This document shows, piece after piece, positions 1-9,521 of a stretch of 29,112 bases of DNA. The notes beneath the pieces are model-generated. The model searched no databases. It was given only the letters and a program-made list of their open reading frames with translations, and was not told the DNA's origin. Both the position numbers and the translations under genes were made by a program. The stretch is from an uncultured archaeon (GTDB lineage: Archaea > Altiarchaeota > Altiarchaeia > JAFGQM01): NCBI GenBank assembly GCA_964592405.1, contig CAZQBY010000015.1, positions 1 to 29,112 of the forward strand, in the 5' to 3' direction. Within the stretch, counting starts at the first letter, position 1. Every line of letters starts with the position of its first letter.

Positions 1-35
1 TGCACTAAAACTCAATCCTCACATTCGTTCGGAGA

Positions 36-125
36 AACTAACAGCGATTTAACGGCTCCGCTCGGTTGCACCTCGCTCCACCCAAATCCTGCTACGCAGG
101 ACTTCTGTTAATCCCGATGTTAACC
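36..125 (+). mobile_element. attC-like (integron cassette recombination site-like) imperfect palindrome
   Basis: AACTAAC-agcg-ATTTAACG ... TGTTAAT-cccgat-GTTAACC matches the R''/L''...L'/R' layout of attC sites, with one unpaired base in L''. Internal hairpin TCCTGC-TAC-GCAGGA. The R boxes deviate from RYYYAAC/GTTRRRY outside the TAAC/GTTA core, and no integrase lies in the window. Confidence 0.5.
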
Positions 126-140
126 AAAATACCCGAAAAA

Positions 141-2879
141 TCATTTCGTCTTCCCCTTCCAGAATCGTGATGTCCTCACAAACTCCTTCTCCGCGCGCAG
201 TATTTCCCTGAAAAAATCATCATCATTCAGATTCAGATCCAAAATCCTGCTGGCGGTCCTTGGCCCAACACCGCGCGCATTAAGGGCCATCAGTGCCCTC
301 TTCTCATAGGAGTGTATCAGACCGGCGGACTGCCGGGCACGCTTCAGGAACCTGATTTCATCTTTTGACAGCTGCTCGCCTCTCCTCTGCAGCCTGACTA
401 TTCTGCTCAGCTCCTCTTCCGTCTTCCCCATGCAGGATATCATCCACGACTCACAGACCGGGCACTGGAGAGGAAACTCCAGCTTGTCTATGGTTCTGTG
501 CCTCATAATCTCGCCGCAGTTGAGGCAGACCAGATTGACCTTTCGGTTCATCAGCCTCTTTCTGACAGTCTCGATTATTGCCCGCTCCGGCACCTCTGCT
601 TGGACAGCATCCCTGAACTGCTCCAAACCAAATTGTGATATGGTTGTGAACACCTGTGATACAATTTCAATGTCTCCGTCTCTTATTCTCTTCAGGACAG
701 TCTTGGCATTCTCCAAGTCAAAATACTTATTAAACATCTCCCTCAGGGTTTCTTGGTAGACTGCAGTGTCCTTGTATGCGTCTATGACCCTGCGTATATT
801 TATCTCTCTGAAGTTGGTATCCTCCTTGAAGACCCCAAATCGCTTGCCAACATGGACAAACGAAAAGCGGAAGAGGTTGGTCTGCAGGATAGTCTTCTCC
901 AGGATTTCCTTTACAGTATCTGGTCTTATTCCTCTTAGAGTCTTGATGACATCATCCTTCTCCAGAAGCAGTCCAGTGAGCACTATCCTGTAGGGATCAA
1001 TCCTAACACCAATAGTCTCCCCATATCTGCTGCCCAGCAGGGAAGCAAGTATCCTGCTGATGACCTCGTTTACTCTTGTCCCAAAACACGTATTAATCAC
1101 TACCTGATGATAGTTTCCTATATACTTCTCAACAGTTATCCTTTTGTCAGTGGGCAAACTGCCCTGCTTCTTCTGCTCGGTTATTGTTTTGACTATGGAT
1201 GCCATGCCACGGGGATTCAGCGGGAGCCCAAGATGTTTGCATATCTCCCTGCAACTCCTGCCCCTGTCTATCAGACAGGAAATCTCTCTTCTAAGCCGGC
1301 CCACTTCCTGTGCTATCTCATATGGAACAGGGATATCCTCACCAACCCACACAGGCGTTTCTGCCCCTATATCACTAACTGGGACCACCATAACCCGCCT
1401 GTCCCTGAAATCCACTATCCGCCAGGCCTCACCCTTCAGTATGAAGAGGGAGTTGACATGGCAGTCAACTATGTATTCCTCATCAAGTACTCCAACTGGT
1501 TTGTGAGAAGCCAGATCAATAACTGTATAGCGTTTGTATGTAGGTATGGTTGACAAATTGGCATAGTAGTAAAACAGGGAGTTTCTACGCCTGCTTATCT
1601 CTTCCCCCCGCCAGCCTATGAGACGCAACTGTTTGAGCACATCTATAACACTGTCAAACTGAGCTGGTGTCAGATTGCGGTACGGATATGCGCGTTTTAT
1701 TATCAGGTAGGCATCTCTCTTTGAGATATCGCCATAATCCAAAGTCAAACCGACCACCTGATGTGCCAGAACATCCAGTGAATTTTCAAAAAAATCTGTT
1801 TTTTCTATTTTGGATCTGAGAGCATGTTTGGCAATCACAGAGGCTTCAAGTATATCATCAAACTCCGTAGCAAGGATCACGCCCTTTGAGGTCCTGTCAG
1901 TTGTATGCCCGCTACGCCCGACTCGCTGTATGAGGCGCGCGACCTGGCGTGGTGAGTTGAGCTGGATAACCTGCTCTATCTGGCCTACATCTATCCCAAG
2001 TTCCATGGATGATGTACAGACCAGTGTCTTGAGCTTCCCTTCCTTCAGCTGTTTCTCGGTTTCTACTCGCTCCTCTTTTGAGAGTGAAGAGTGGTGTATA
2101 CCTACGTCCTTTACTGCCCGCAGTTGTCTGGTCAGGAGCTCAGTTGCTACACGGGTATTGGTGAATATTAAGGTGGATTTCTTTCCGGTCATCTGGCTTA
2201 TTCTCCGAATAAGGCCTGCAGGCTTCTCCACTCTGAGTTCCAAACCCTTGAAACTCCTGTCTATGATAATCTCGGTGAGGCCAAAATAATCCGCAACAAC
2301 CTGGGGGGTGCCCACAGTTGCAGACAGCCCTATTGTCTGGAACCCTCCACAAACATTCCTGAGTCTCTCAAGACCCACAGCCAGCTGGGTCCCCCGCTTG
2401 TCGGAGACCAGCTCGTGCACCTCGTCGATTATGACATATCTCACAGACTGGAGGTGTTTTCTCATTACCTTGGCCGGGAGTATTGCCTGAAGCGTCTCTG
2501 GAGTGGTTATCAGCAACTGGGGGGGCTTAATCCGCTGCCTGCTGCGCTGGGACTGGGTGGTGTCACCGTGTCTGACCTCCACCCTGCAGCCCAGGGACGC
2601 GCACCACTCCTCCATCCGGCGGAGCATGTCGCGGTTGAGAGAGCGCAGGGGCGCGATGTAGAGGGCGATTATGCCATGGTCTTGGTTTCCAATGAGGTTA
2701 TTTATCACTGGAAGAAAGGCTGCCTCTGTTTTTCCGCTCCCAGTTGGGGCTATCACCAACGTGTCCCTGCCGCCGAGTATCGGGGGCATGGCCTGCTTCT
2801 GTATCTGGGTGAAGTCCTTGAAGTTGGCCTTTATCAGGTCCCGCAGCTCGGGCCTGAACCGGCTAAGCAGCTTAGTCAT
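141..2879 (-). CDS. lhr: Lhr-family ATP-dependent SF2 helicase (archaeal, with C-terminal Zn-finger)
   Basis: APTGSGKT Walker A, IIDEVH, LSAT, QRVGRSGH and VGVLDEEY motifs; C-terminal CLNC...CPVC; adjacent to a metallophosphoesterase, as is typical for Lhr. Confidence 0.93.
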   Translation of the reverse strand: MTKLLSRFRPELRDLIKANFKDFTQIQKQAMPPILGGRDTLVIAPTGSGKTEAAFLPVINNLIGNQDHGIIALYIAPLRSLNRDMLRRMEEWCASLGCRVEVRHGDTTQSQRSRQRIKPPQLLITTPETLQAILPAKVMRKHLQSVRYVIIDEVHELVSDKRGTQLAVGLERLRNVCGGFQTIGLSATVGTPQVVADYFGLTEIIIDRSFKGLELRVEKPAGLIRRISQMTGKKSTLIFTNTRVATELLTRQLRAVKDVGIHHSSLSKEERVETEKQLKEGKLKTLVCTSSMELGIDVGQIEQVIQLNSPRQVARLIQRVGRSGHTTDRTSKGVILATEFDDILEASVIAKHALRSKIEKTDFFENSLDVLAHQVVGLTLDYGDISKRDAYLIIKRAYPYRNLTPAQFDSVIDVLKQLRLIGWRGEEISRRRNSLFYYYANLSTIPTYKRYTVIDLASHKPVGVLDEEYIVDCHVNSLFILKGEAWRIVDFRDRRVMVVPVSDIGAETPVWVGEDIPVPYEIAQEVGRLRREISCLIDRGRSCREICKHLGLPLNPRGMASIVKTITEQKKQGSLPTDKRITVEKYIGNYHQVVINTCFGTRVNEVISRILASLLGSRYGETIGVRIDPYRIVLTGLLLEKDDVIKTLRGIRPDTVKEILEKTILQTNLFRFSFVHVGKRFGVFKEDTNFREINIRRVIDAYKDTAVYQETLREMFNKYFDLENAKTVLKRIRDGDIEIVSQVFTTISQFGLEQFRDAVQAEVPERAIIETVRKRLMNRKVNLVCLNCGEIMRHRTIDKLEFPLQCPVCESWMISCMGKTEEELSRIVRLQRRGEQLSKDEIRFLKRARQSAGLIHSYEKRALMALNARGVGPRTASRILDLNLNDDDFFREILRAEKEFVRTSRFWKGKTK

Positions 2880-2940
2880 ATGCTGTTCTCCCCAACATTC
2901 GCGAAACTCAGATTGAGGTTAAGGGTTTAAAAAGGGGAGT

Positions 2941-3630
2941 TTAAGCCCTCATCTCGCTGACTGTCCCCAGATAGCTCCCGTCCAGAAGATAGATGTCCGC
3001 GTTCTCCAGGTCTATCATCCTCTTCAGGAATGGGCCAATGGGCTCGGTGTTGTTGACCGCTGAGCCGCGGGTGGACTCGTCAAAGGCCGGAATGACAAGA
3101 ACACGAGTTTCAGAGCCCTTCACTTTGGTTTCGATCCAGGCCTGCTGCATATTGGCGCGTATGTCCCTGAGCAAAACAGACGGGTGAGTGTGTGCGCAGA
3201 CTATTAGTTCCTGGGCCAGCAGCTCCCTGCTGGGTCTCTTATGGCCATGGAAATAACCTATTCCGTTCTCAATGAACTCATCAACAACCTCAACACCCGG
3301 CGGCACAAGCTTCTCGATATTGCCATCATGGTTTCCCTTGGTGATAATTATTCTGGACACTTCCTTCAGGAGCTCTTGGAGAAACATGGGAACCTCCATA
3401 TATTCCTGACGAGATGTAATGGGGACATTATGCTTCAGGTCGCCTAGGATTATTAGCTTCTTCGGCTCTGTGTTTCTGATAATCGCCCTTAGTTTGCTCA
3501 GCTTTTCTCCAGTCTGGCTCGGAATTGTAGCACCTTTCTTGTAAAGCTCAAATTCTATGCCATTGTGCAGGTCAGCGACCACCAGATTGTCGTTAATTAT
3601 CAAAGCTGGCTGGTTTTGGATGAATTTCAT
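2941..3630 (-). CDS. Calcineurin-like metallophosphoesterase (Lhr-associated MPE type)
   Basis: ADLH, LGDLKH, GNHD, FHGH and HTHP metal-binding motifs; IPAF motif; lies directly upstream of lhr. Confidence 0.88.
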   Translation of the reverse strand: MKFIQNQPALIINDNLVVADLHNGIEFELYKKGATIPSQTGEKLSKLRAIIRNTEPKKLIILGDLKHNVPITSRQEYMEVPMFLQELLKEVSRIIITKGNHDGNIEKLVPPGVEVVDEFIENGIGYFHGHKRPSRELLAQELIVCAHTHPSVLLRDIRANMQQAWIETKVKGSETRVLVIPAFDESTRGSAVNNTEPIGPFLKRMIDLENADIYLLDGSYLGTVSEMRA

Positions 3631-3645
3631 TGCTCAGGAATTTTG

Positions 3646-4785
3646 TTATGAGAACAGCTTTCCAATGCGTTCAAGGGCCTCTATTATCTCGCTTGTAGAG
3701 ACTGAATAGGAACAACGGACGAAGCCCTCGCCACTTGGGCCAAAGACATTTCCCGGGACCAGAGCTACCTTGGCCTCTCTTATAAGCTTCTCTGCGAACT
3801 CCTCGGAGCCTAAGTTGGTCTTGGTTATGTTCGGGAATGCGTAGAATGCTCCCTTTGGCATGTGACAGCTTATACCCGGTATCTCATTCAGACCTCCAAC
3901 TAGCAGCTTTCTGCGCGCGTTATAGGTCTTGAGCATCTGGCGGATGCTCTCCCTGTCATCAAAGGCCGCCAGCATGGCGTGCTGGGAGGGGGTTGGTGCA
4001 CAGAGCATACAGTATTGGTGTATCTTATACATAGCTTCCATAAGCTCTCCCTTGGCAACAACATAGCCAATTCGCCAGCCAGTAGCCGCATAGGCCTTGG
4101 AGAAGCCATTCAGGGTTATGGTCCGCTCGGCCATTTCTGACAGAGAGGCGATGGAGACGTGCTCCCCCTCATAAATCAGCTTTTCATATATCTCATCCGA
4201 TATGACTATTAGATTATGCTTTATGGCAAAATCAGCTATGTCCTCCAGATCCGCCTTTGTTAGGACCGCGCCAGTCGGGTTATTGGGAGAGCAAAGCAGG
4301 ATGGCCCTTGTCCTCTCTGTGAGTGCGTTTTCCATGTCCCTCACCTGCACCCTAAAATCGTTCTTCTCGTATGTTGGAACCATTACCGGCCTTCCACCTG
4401 CTAAGCGCGTCAGCGGACCATACGCCACATAGGCTGGGTCCGGAATAAGTACCTCATCACCGATGTCGATAACCGCACGTAATGCAAGGTCCAACCCCTC
4501 GCTGGATCCACTGGTTATGAGGATTTCATCAGAGGAAACATCAATGCGGTTTTCCCTCCTAAGCTTTTCAGATACACGCTCCCTCAGCTCAAGCAATCCT
4601 GCATTGCTTGTATAGTGTGTCTTGTTCAGTTCTATAGCCCGCAGTCCGGCATCCCTGATCCCGTAGGGGGTGTCAAAATCTGGTTCACCAACACCCAGAG
4701 TAACTATGTCCGGTTCCTTGGATGCTAGCTCAAAAAATCTCCGGATTCCCGAGGGAGGCAGCTCCTTGACACGCTTTGATACCAT
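3646..4785 (-). CDS. PLP-dependent aminotransferase class I/II (YugH/AlaT-like)
   Basis: LGVGEPDF, SPNNPTG, SDEIYE and NGFSKAYAATGWRIGY (PLP lysine) motifs. Start moved to ATG 4785 (MVSKRV) to remove the overlap with the Lrp gene. Confidence 0.9.
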   Translation of the reverse strand: MVSKRVKELPPSGIRRFFELASKEPDIVTLGVGEPDFDTPYGIRDAGLRAIELNKTHYTSNAGLLELRERVSEKLRRENRIDVSSDEILITSGSSEGLDLALRAVIDIGDEVLIPDPAYVAYGPLTRLAGGRPVMVPTYEKNDFRVQVRDMENALTERTRAILLCSPNNPTGAVLTKADLEDIADFAIKHNLIVISDEIYEKLIYEGEHVSIASLSEMAERTITLNGFSKAYAATGWRIGYVVAKGELMEAMYKIHQYCMLCAPTPSQHAMLAAFDDRESIRQMLKTYNARRKLLVGGLNEIPGISCHMPKGAFYAFPNITKTNLGSEEFAEKLIREAKVALVPGNVFGPSGEGFVRCSYSVSTSEIIEALERIGKLFS

Positions 4786-4789
4786 GGGC

Positions 4790-5275
4790 TTATGCAGAAA
4801 TGACCAGCTTTTTGTCCCTTTTACCATCTGTCAGAACAACACCATTCTCTTTGAACTTCTTAAGAACAAAATGTGTATATGTTCCTGTGACCTCCTTCTT
4901 GGGGGCCAGTACCTCTGTCACAAAATTGCTGACATCCTTTATGTCTCTGGCTTTTATCTTAATCATCAGATCATATTCGCCGGATGCGACGACCACATCT
5001 TCTACCTTCTCATTGGCAGCCAGAAGCTCGCCCAGCTCTGAAAACCCGGTCCTTGCCTCTGGCGTTACCTTGACATCTATATAGGCAGTTATATATTCTT
5101 CTCCGGCTTTCTCCCAATCTACATAGGTGCGGAAGGCCTTGATGACGCCCTTCGACCTGAGCTCATCTATTTTGGCCCTCACTTCTTCAACAGTGGAGTC
5201 CAGCATATTTGCCAGATTCTCCTCGCTGATTCGGGCATCTTTTTGTAGAATCTCAAGAAGTAGCTTCTCGTCCAT
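4790..5275 (-). CDS. Lrp/AsnC family transcriptional regulator (YugG/AlaR-like)
   Basis: N-terminal HTH (LLEILQKDARISEENLANML), C-terminal RAM domain (SGEYDL, THFVLKKFKENG); ends 4 nt before the aminotransferase start. Confidence 0.9.
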   Translation of the reverse strand: MDEKLLLEILQKDARISEENLANMLDSTVEEVRAKIDELRSKGVIKAFRTYVDWEKAGEEYITAYIDVKVTPEARTGFSELGELLAANEKVEDVVVASGEYDLMIKIKARDIKDVSNFVTEVLAPKKEVTGTYTHFVLKKFKENGVVLTDGKRDKKLVISA

Positions 5276-5343
5276 CGCGATATTAGAAAGAATATTAAAA
5301 AAAGCTGGAGAGGTAATAAAAGGATAATAATAAAACTTAAGGA

Positions 5344-5381
5344 GCTTATTTCTTAAAGAGCTTATTTCTTGCTTATTTCTT
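5344..5381 (-). repeat. Three copies of the 11-mer AAGAAATAAGC at the topA 3' end
   Basis: GCTTATTTCTT on the + strand at 5344-5354, 5360-5370 and 5371-5381; the last copy contains the topA stop codon. Confidence 0.85.
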
Positions 5382-7436
5382 CTTGTCCGGGCAGTTTATA
5401 TTTGTACAGATGGTCCAAGGCGTCTTCCTTCCTTTCGACCATATGTTCACCATGGGATAACCACAACTGGGGCACTTCTTTTTCGTGGGCTTGACCGACC
5501 CCTTCTGGGGCAGAGGCTGGGTATTGGTGCATTTCGGGTATCTGCTACAGCCGAGAAAGCGCTTTTTGGTCTTGGGGTTGACCCTGATGACGAGCAGGCC
5601 ATCTTTACAAACAGGGCATTTGCCTATCGCGTTGCTCTCGGCCTTCTCCTCCTCCGCCCTGAACATCGCCTCGCGCAGCTCCTCGCCGATCTCCCTCTCC
5701 TCCTTCCTGAACTTCTCCAGCACCTTCATCAGGATGTGCCGGTTCTTGGCCTCTATCTCCTCGCCTGTCTTCTTCCCGGCCATAACCTCGTCCATCTCCT
5801 CCTCGAACTTTCTTGTCAGCTCCTCATCGAGTATCTCCGGGCTGTGTTTCTCCAGAGTCTCCACAGTTTTTATCCCCAAGTCTGTCGCCTCTATGGACTT
5901 ACCAATTATATAGTTTCTCTTATAGAGTGTGTCGATTATAGTCGCTCTGGTAGCTTTGGTTCCAAGATTGCGCTTCTCCAGTTCACTGATGATTGATGCC
6001 TCGGTGTATCGCTTTGGTGGCTGCGTCATCTTTTTCTGCATGGAGATTTTTTTGATTTCTACAACATCGCCCTCTTTCAGGTCAGGCAGGAGAATCTCGT
6101 CAAATTTTGCATATTTGCCATAGAGTTCATGCCAATTTTTCTCTACGGTCCTCTTCCCCTCGGTCTTGAAAATCTCTGTATTAACATCTATCATAACTCT
6201 TATACTCTCTCTCACAGCCCATTCCCCAAATGTTGCCAAAAACCTGCGGACTATCAGATCATAGACTCTTCGCTCCTTGTCAGTGAGGCTGGCAGGCACC
6301 TCACCGGTTGGGTATATGGCCGGATGCGCAGGGTCACTTTTCTTGCCATTGTTTGGCCTGAGGTTTGGTTTGGCAAGGAGCTTGGAGACTGCTTCCCCAT
6401 ACTCCCGCTGCTGTGAGAGTTTTTCAAGTATTTTCCTGTAACCTATGGCTGGTGGCAACTGTTGTGAGGATGTTCGCGGATATGAGATATAGCCCATCTC
6501 ATAGAGCCTCTGACCAATCTCTAGGGTCTGTCTTGGCGATATATTGAGATGACGGTGGGCTTCAACCTGCAGGGAGGTCAGGTCAAATGGGTTTGGGGGG
6601 GGTTGTTTGTAGCGTCTTTTTTCAACTCCTGAGACCCTTCCACTTTTCTGATCCTTAACCTTCTCATAAACAGTCTTTGCCTCCTCTTCCTTCTCAAACT
6701 TCTCCTTTGCATGGACGGCTTCGAAATCCAGCTCCCTTCTCATTAGAGCGCTTATTACCCAGAACGGCTCCGGCACAAAACTCCTTATCTCACGTTCCTT
6801 GTCTACTATGAGTTTGAGTGCCGGGCCCTGAACCCGGCCTATGCTGAGGGTCCCATGAGTATTCGCAGAACGCAATGCGGACATCAAAGCCCGGGAGAGA
6901 TTTATGCCATAATACCAATCCAGAACATGGCGGGTAAGACCTGCTTGTGTCTGGCCATAGTCAAATGGTTCCATATTCTGATAAGAGCGGGCTAGATCCG
7001 GAGCGGTAACGGTCGAGAAGTGCATCCTCCTGACATTGTCCCTCTTTGGGTCTACTCCACAGGCATATCTCAAAACGTTATAGCCGATGACACTGCCCTC
7101 AATATCATAATCACACGCGTTTACAAATAAATCAGCCTCCTTGGCTAATTCCCTTAGATTTCGGATGTATGGCTTGGTGTAGGAGGCGCCTTTCTCCACC
7201 TCATAAATGGGTACCCACCGTATGTCGAAGACCGGATATGTCAGGTTCCATTTCTTGTTGCTGGTTTCCTGAAGAGAATAGACATGGCCGACCGCAGGCG
7301 CAACATACGCCTTCCCCCGGGGGGTCTCCACCTCATAGTAAGGTACTCCACTCCGGCTCTTTTTCTGGGCGCGCCCTATGGCACCTGCTATCTTGGCGGC
7401 AACACTCGGCTTCTCGGCGATGATGAGCTGAGTCAT
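5373..7436 (-). CDS. topA: Type IA DNA topoisomerase (archaeal TopA/Topo III)
   Basis: TOPRIM motifs IAEKPS and DYDIEG; GRVQGP; catalytic ISYPRT; LGTKATR; C-terminal Zn ribbons. Start set at ATG 7436 (MTQLIIAEKP). Confidence 0.95.
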   Translation of the reverse strand: MTQLIIAEKPSVAAKIAGAIGRAQKKSRSGVPYYEVETPRGKAYVAPAVGHVYSLQETSNKKWNLTYPVFDIRWVPIYEVEKGASYTKPYIRNLRELAKEADLFVNACDYDIEGSVIGYNVLRYACGVDPKRDNVRRMHFSTVTAPDLARSYQNMEPFDYGQTQAGLTRHVLDWYYGINLSRALMSALRSANTHGTLSIGRVQGPALKLIVDKEREIRSFVPEPFWVISALMRRELDFEAVHAKEKFEKEEEAKTVYEKVKDQKSGRVSGVEKRRYKQPPPNPFDLTSLQVEAHRHLNISPRQTLEIGQRLYEMGYISYPRTSSQQLPPAIGYRKILEKLSQQREYGEAVSKLLAKPNLRPNNGKKSDPAHPAIYPTGEVPASLTDKERRVYDLIVRRFLATFGEWAVRESIRVMIDVNTEIFKTEGKRTVEKNWHELYGKYAKFDEILLPDLKEGDVVEIKKISMQKKMTQPPKRYTEASIISELEKRNLGTKATRATIIDTLYKRNYIIGKSIEATDLGIKTVETLEKHSPEILDEELTRKFEEEMDEVMAGKKTGEEIEAKNRHILMKVLEKFRKEEREIGEELREAMFRAEEEKAESNAIGKCPVCKDGLLVIRVNPKTKKRFLGCSRYPKCTNTQPLPQKGSVKPTKKKCPSCGYPMVNIWSKGRKTPWTICTNINCPDKKK

Positions 7437-7516
7437 AGCGATTGTGTTTTTGTTGTTTGTGGTTAAAAATGGAACGGGAATTGAAGGTTGTGTTTCTCTG
7501 GACCTGACATTCAACA

Positions 7517-8095
7517 ATGACAAAATTCTCACAACAACGCGCGAAGGCCCTGAAGCAACTGGCGGAGGCGCGCAGAGAGGGAAAGACAGATGATGATATC
7601 TCTGATTTGGTTGATCTCATCAATGCCAATGAAGACTTATATACCACATCCTCATGTGCCGGCAGGATAGCCGTTCTCCAGACACCCAGGGAGCATGACA
7701 AATTAAAATCCAAGTGGCTGGGAAAGTGGCACAGGGAGATAACACTACAAGACCTGCAGGAGGCCCTTAAGAAGCATGACCGATATGTCGCTTATCTCCA
7801 GTCGGAGTGTCCAATTCTCCATATAGTCGCGCGCACTCTGGAGAGCGCAGAGAAGATACTCTTTGCGGCCCAGCAGTCCGGCTTCAAGCGCAGTGGGATA
7901 CAGGCAGTAAACCCCGAGCGGGTTCTTGTGGAAGTCTGTTCCACGGAAATGCTGGAAGTTCCTCTAGCAGAAGGCGGAAAAAGGCTTGTGGACGATATTT
8001 ATCTAGATTACCTCGTAAATATTGCAAACATCAAGTTTAATTCTGGGCGGAAAAAACTGGCTAGATTACAGGATAGACTAAAGCATGGCCTTTGA
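7517..8095 (+). CDS. taw3: tRNA(Phe) wyosine-derivative methyltransferase Taw3/TYW3
   Basis: YTTSSCAGRI, WLGKWH, PILHI and GFKRSGI motifs typical of TYW3. Confidence 0.9.
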   Translation: MTKFSQQRAKALKQLAEARREGKTDDDISDLVDLINANEDLYTTSSCAGRIAVLQTPREHDKLKSKWLGKWHREITLQDLQEALKKHDRYVAYLQSECPILHIVARTLESAEKILFAAQQSGFKRSGIQAVNPERVLVEVCSTEMLEVPLAEGGKRLVDDIYLDYLVNIANIKFNSGRKKLARLQDRLKHGL

Positions 8096-8903
8096 CATTG
8101 TGGGGGATATCGCCATTGTCGAGCCGGGAACCGATGGTGAGGCTCTTATGAGGAAGCATAAGAATGTAAATGTAGTCCTGGCCAAGAAAGGAGAGGTCGA
8201 AGGAGAATATCGTGTGCGCGATTATGAGATAATTGCCAGCCGTCCGGAGAGAAGAGATTTCTCGGATGTGCCTGCCCTTCTCCGCCCGAGGAAGCTCACG
8301 GAGACTGTACACAGAGAAAGCGGGTGCAGGTTCAAGGTTGATCCCACGGAGGCCTACTTTTCCGTGAGGCTGGGGACAGAACGCAGGAGGATAGCTGAAA
8401 TGGTCAAGCCGGGGGAGAAGGTTCTAGTCATGTTTGCCGGAGTGGGACCATACCCGATAATAATCTCCAAGTTGGCCGACCCAAAGCTTGTCATTGGCAT
8501 AGAGCTGAACCCTTATGCTGTTTTGTTCTTTGAGGACAATATAATGCTCAACAAACTGGAGGGCAAGGTCAAGGCCATAGAAGGCGATGTGAGAACGGAG
8601 GTCCCAAAACTGAAGGAGGAGTTTGACCGCATTGTCATGCCACTCCCGAAGGACAGTGAAAATTTTCTTTATCTGGCGCTGAAGAAAATAAAGAAGAATG
8701 GTTGTATCCACCTGTACAGGATACTCCATGAGAATGATGTAGATGCTTTTCTCCAAGAACTGAAAAGGAGCTTAAGCAGGGTCAGAATAGATGTGATTAA
8801 GGCCGGGGAATATGCACCCGGTATGCTCAGATATTGCTTCGACATAAAGCTGAATGTCAGAAAGAAAAGGTCTGCAAAGAAGGCGTCAGCAAAAAGAAGG
8901 TAG
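8085..8903 (+). CDS. Trm5/Tyw2-family tRNA G37 SAM-dependent transferase (short form, no N-terminal D1 domain)
   Basis: FDIVGDIA start, YFSVRLGTERRRI, MFAGVGPY SAM motif, IELNP, RIVMPLP; overlaps taw3 by 11 nt. Confidence 0.85.
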   Translation: MAFDIVGDIAIVEPGTDGEALMRKHKNVNVVLAKKGEVEGEYRVRDYEIIASRPERRDFSDVPALLRPRKLTETVHRESGCRFKVDPTEAYFSVRLGTERRRIAEMVKPGEKVLVMFAGVGPYPIIISKLADPKLVIGIELNPYAVLFFEDNIMLNKLEGKVKAIEGDVRTEVPKLKEEFDRIVMPLPKDSENFLYLALKKIKKNGCIHLYRILHENDVDAFLQELKRSLSRVRIDVIKAGEYAPGMLRYCFDIKLNVRKKRSAKKASAKRR

Positions 8904-8957
8904 AGAAGCCTGTCAAAAAAATAGTTTTTTGTATCTGAATATAATTATATCCAAAAA

Positions 8958-9521
8958 ATGGTCAAAGCAAGAAAGCTGGGAAAAAGCACAGCTGAAATCA
9001 GGCGTGCTAAGAGGAGAGAGCGCAAAGTCAAACTGGGAACGGCTTTTATTATAATCCTTTTGGTCATCGGATTTACTGTTGCCGCTTATTGGGGCTTTAA
9101 TCCCCGAAGCCCGTCTCCCAAACGGCAGACCATAGAAGAAAGACTGGTATTTGGAGAGGCTGTCCCCTCCGGCATTGATAGCTCTGTTGTGGAGGGACTC
9201 ACGGGAAACCGGGCCGTGTTTGGCCAGTTGGATGTACCTTATGATCTCAAAAAGAGGCTGAATGGCGACTTTTATATATTAGACAACGGGTTGACACAGC
9301 TGATAATCACCAATGCTTCAACAGAGGAAATCAATTCAGAAGCAAAGGGGGATTATATAGTCTATGAAATCGGAATCTGTAAAGGCTTTGACTGTCTGGT
9401 GAAGAACAATAACAATACCAATGAAAGCATTATGTTTGATATCTATGAGCTGAACATGAGCTCACGCTTCCTCAGGACCAATAGGATTGGTTTTGAGGTT
9501 GAGCTTGGGGAGAATATCTGA
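8958..9521 (+). CDS. Hypothetical single-pass membrane protein
   Basis: K/R-rich N-terminus followed by hydrophobic LGTAFIIILLVIGFTVAAYW; TGATG overlap with the tyrS start. Confidence 0.7.
   Translation: MVKARKLGKSTAEIRRAKRRERKVKLGTAFIIILLVIGFTVAAYWGFNPRSPSPKRQTIEERLVFGEAVPSGIDSSVVEGLTGNRAVFGQLDVPYDLKKRLNGDFYILDNGLTQLIITNASTEEINSEAKGDYIVYEIGICKGFDCLVKNNNNTNESIMFDIYELNMSSRFLRTNRIGFEVELGENI

Noticed and set aside
141-3630. Lhr-metallophosphoesterase pair as a novel system
   Set aside because: This gene pairing is already well known in archaea and bacteria.
8914-8931. CAAAAAA-ATAG-TTTTTTG inverted repeat after the trm5-like gene
   Set aside because: Almost entirely A-T stem; more simply a T-tract terminator or promoter region.
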